Of a stretch of DNA of 7,678 nt, positions 5,211 to 7,678 are shown in pieces. The stretch's first letter is position 1. The number at the start of each line of letters is the position of its first letter. Location: IMG/VR virus record IMGVR_UViG_3300029417_000062, positions 1 to 7,678 of that record; one strand, given 5' to 3'. Under the pieces are notes generated by a model that saw only the letters and a list, made by a program, of their open reading frames with translations, was not told where the DNA came from and did not search any database. The stretch comes from a virus (taxonomy: Duplodnaviria > Heunggongvirae > Uroviricota > Caudoviricetes). A program made the translations under genes and the position numbers.

Positions 5211-6591
5211 TTAAGTCTGAGCCTCACTCTCTTGGCCATAAGTGGCTTGCCAGTATCTCGCCGTAGGGTTCATTAGAATGTGCAATACAAGCCACCATGC
5301 AAAAATGCAGGGAGGTTGATTGTAGTAACCGGCAGGCACATATCCGTGAGCTAGTTGATTTCGTAAATCACCATAGATTTTATCTACCAGTAAGGCCTGA
5401 AGATTGCCAATTATGTCTACGCCGAAAGCTTCAATAATCAGTGGATTATCTAGTAATCCCTTGAGTCCATTTCGCTCTTGCGAACCGTCCCCGTGAAGCT
5501 GCGATGGTTCCTCACCTTTAATTTTAGCCACATATCTCAGACTATTTTCGATCTGGGGAATCAACACGTGGCATGCCGTCATAAAATCTCCATTGAAACC
5601 GCAAACCATACCCTTGATGAAAAACTCTTCATGCCCAAACGGGATGAAGGGATGATTGATGAACATATCGCGAAAAAACGCCTCCGAGATTGGATATTTC
5701 ATTGTGATCTCATCTGTAGCAGGAATAATTTGCCCAGCTACTGCCAACTCATGGTCGATACGCATTCTCGTCATCATTATGGGCCAAATAACTGCCCCAT
5801 TTGCATCATCAATCCCCAATCCTGCGGGTATGCGAGCAAGTGTCATTCCCTCATGATCAATATGTGTTGATCCAAACATCCAAGCTATGCTGTTGGCCTT
5901 TTGTTCTATTGCTTGAGCCTTAAGTCTCTCAATGCTGGTTGGCCGACAGACCAGCATCGCAAGTCTGAAAACCATATCAAACATATCTCTTCCGACTACC
6001 CGACTCTTGGCTTGATGGACAATCTCACTAATATCTTGAGGGGGAGACTGAAGGATAGACATCTGGTGACGGGATTCGATTTGGTAATCACGCATTTCTT
6101 CATACAGCGCAAGACGTTCTATTCGGGTTCCTGGAATATTAGCCAGTGCTTCAATAGCATTCTGCATGCAGGCTGCCGAAATCATACCGCCATCTTGGAA
6201 TTTTGACTCTTCCAGATGTGTATCGGCAAGAAGCCGCCAGAATTCAAACTGTGTATCTCTGTCACAGCACCTATTCGCAATCGTGATTGCGGTTTTACAG
6301 GCATCGACGGCAAATGAAAATAATTTTTGAGCCAGATAGTTTTTTGTCAGAAACAGGAGTTCCTGGGCAATAAAAGATGGCTCACTCACTTTACAGTCGA
6401 TATCGAGTTGCAGGAGTCGCAGCGGATAAGGTGAATCGCCTTGTTCTCTGGTACGTTCATACTCTGCTAGTAGATGTGCCGAAAGCTGATCAAATTCATC
6501 CCTGAAATCAGTATTCTTTCGAAAAAAACAACACAGCCTAAGCGCACGCTCTAGGCGTTCTAAAGCACTAACCCACGTCCCTTGCGATGTC
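5211..6591 (-). CDS. C-terminal portion (about 460 codons) of a large protein with a HEPN-like Rx4HxY motif; 5' end interrupted by the IS. Candidate abortive-infection/toxin RNase.
   Basis: Continuous minus-strand ORF ending at 5211. RNQLAHGY is encoded at 5340..5363 (R 5361-5363, H 5346-5348), about 45 residues from the C-terminus, and fits the HEPN Rx4-6H / HepT-type Rx4HxY signature. The six-frame ORF (5211..6776, 521 aa) takes its first 61 codons from IS sequence. No in-frame ATG occurs in the first ~136 native codons, so the native N-terminus is missing. Confidence 0.6.
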
Positions 6592-6633
6592 TGAACCGCC
6601 CCGGGTTTCCTGGAGAGTGTTTTATCTGTGAAC
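6592..6633. repeat. IS terminal inverted repeat region (orfB-proximal end)
   Basis: Begins with 5'-TG and lies immediately beyond the orfB stop (6634), as expected for an IS3-family end. The other end is outside the window, so the pairing cannot be confirmed. Confidence 0.5.
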
Positions 6634-7524
6634 TCAGGCTGCCAGATCATCGTTTCCGATGGAAGCATAATAAGCTTTTTCTGCTTCTGCCGGAGGAGTA
6701 TGGCCCAGCCTTTCCAGCAATCGTCGATTGTTATACCAGTCCACCCACGTGAGTGTGGCCAGTTCCACTTCTGCACGGTTTTTCCAGCTCTTACGGTGTA
6801 TTACCTCCGCTTTGTAAAGACCATTGATGCTCTCCGCCATCGCGTTGTCATACGAGTCGCCTGTACTTCCTGTTGATGCCAGTAATCCGGCTTCCTTAAG
6901 CCGCTGTGTGTAGGCCAGCGATACATACTGAGAACCTTTATCACTGTGATGGACCGTGCCGGACGGTCGACGGGCCCATAACGCCTGCTCCAGTGCATCC
7001 AGCACGAATGTCGTTTCCATGGACGATGAGACCCGCCACCCCACGATGTATCCGGCAAACACATCAATGATGAACGCCACATAGACGAAGCCCCGCCATG
7101 TGCTGACGTAAGTAAAATCAGCCACCCACAGCTGGTCAGGTCGTTCTGCCACGAACTGACGGTTTACGCGGTCGCCTGCGGCAACGGCTTTCCGGCTGAT
7201 GGTCGTACGGACCTTTTTACCCCGGAGAACACCGGCAAGTCCCATAACCGCCATGAGACGTGCCACAGTGCATCTGGCCACTCTGATACCTTCCCGTAAC
7301 AACTGACGCCAGACTTTACGCACACCGTATACCTTGTGATTTTCATCGTATACGCGCTGTATCTCTTTCTTCAGCCAGTCATCGCGCTGCGCACGGGCAC
7401 TGCGTTTATCCGGATGATGTCGCTGTTGCTGACAGTGGTAATACGTTGACGGGGCAATATGCAGTTCGCTGCATAGCGGTCCGACCCCGTACTGCTCACG
7501 CAGCTTATCCAGCAGTGGCATCAT
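6634..7524 (-). CDS. IS3-family transposase OrfB (DDE integrase-like catalytic domain), 296 aa
   Basis: Product [22 protein letters not shown]... contains D (WVADFTYV), D (HHSDKGSQY) and E ([15 protein letters not shown]) motifs. The start overlaps the orfA stop in the -1 frame. Confidence 0.9.
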   Translation of the reverse strand: MMPLLDKLREQYGVGPLCSELHIAPSTYYHCQQQRHHPDKRSARAQRDDWLKKEIQRVYDENHKVYGVRKVWRQLLREGIRVARCTVARLMAVMGLAGVLRGKKVRTTISRKAVAAGDRVNRQFVAERPDQLWVADFTYVSTWRGFVYVAFIIDVFAGYIVGWRVSSSMETTFVLDALEQALWARRPSGTVHHSDKGSQYVSLAYTQRLKEAGLLASTGSTGDSYDNAMAESINGLYKAEVIHRKSWKNRAEVELATLTWVDWYNNRRLLERLGHTPPAEAEKAYYASIGNDDLAA

Positions 7525-7678
7525 TTTTTCCAGAGGCGGTCGAACTCCGCCTTCGCAAAATAAGCGGAAGCCTGGCGAAGGATATCGTTACTGCGGCGCA
7601 GTTCACGATTTTCACGTTCCAGCTCTTTCAGACGCTGACGTTCAGCGGTGGTGAGCCCGCCATCACCGCCTCCGGTAT
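7521..7678 (-). CDS. IS3-family transposase OrfA, C-terminal 52 codons (partial; 5' end outside window)
   Basis: Minus-strand frame reads ...[51 protein letters not shown] (leucine-zipper-like), stop at 7523..7521, overlapping the orfB ATG (7524..7522). Confidence 0.85.
   Translation of the reverse strand, partial: TGGGDGGLTTAERQRLKELERENRELRRSNDILRQASAYFAKAEFDRLWKK

Larger units (their letters stand above)
6592..7678 (-). mobile_element. IS3-family insertion sequence, IS629-like, partial (runs off window end)
   Basis: Terminal sequence TGAACCGCCCCGGGTTTCCTGGAGAG starts at 6592. Carries orfB (DDE transposase) and the 3' part of orfA with an A6 slippery run at the orfA/orfB overlap (7524-7529). 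The IS629 identification is from memory of the orfA/orfB sequences. Confidence 0.85.

Noticed and set aside
5478-6206. Plus-strand ORFs 5478..5870, 5656..5856 and 5901..6206
   Set aside because: Antisense to the long HEPN-motif gene; low-complexity products.
6628-7346. ORFs 6628..6876 (+), 6801..7082 (-) and 7164..7346 (-)
   Set aside because: Alternative frames inside IS transposase orfB.

Overview
This window reads as a lambdoid prophage immunity and replication region of the Qin (dicA/dicC) type, from an Escherichia/Shigella-like genome. All identifications are from reading the sequence and from memory of E. coli K-12 Qin, phage lambda and IS3-family elements; no database search was run. 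Leftward (minus strand) lies a dicB-type operon: YdfA-like (51 aa), a 191-aa ORF with a YdfB-like start, the DicF sRNA, DicB (62 aa), YdfD (63 aa) and the start of a YdfE-like gene that runs off the window. A DicA-like repressor (135 aa) sits between two control regions that carry repeated GAGAAAACT operator-like motifs. Rightward (plus strand) are a DicC/Cro-like protein, a YdaT-family protein, a lambda O-like replication initiator with five iterons and an A-rich tract inside its coding sequence, and a 133-aa hypothetical protein where a helicase loader would be expected. The most interesting element is a large convergent minus-strand gene (at least 460 codons) whose C-terminus carries a HEPN-like Rx4HxY motif (RNQLAHGY). 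It is a candidate abortive-infection or toxin effector, and its 5' end is cut off by an IS629-like IS3-family insertion that continues past the window end.
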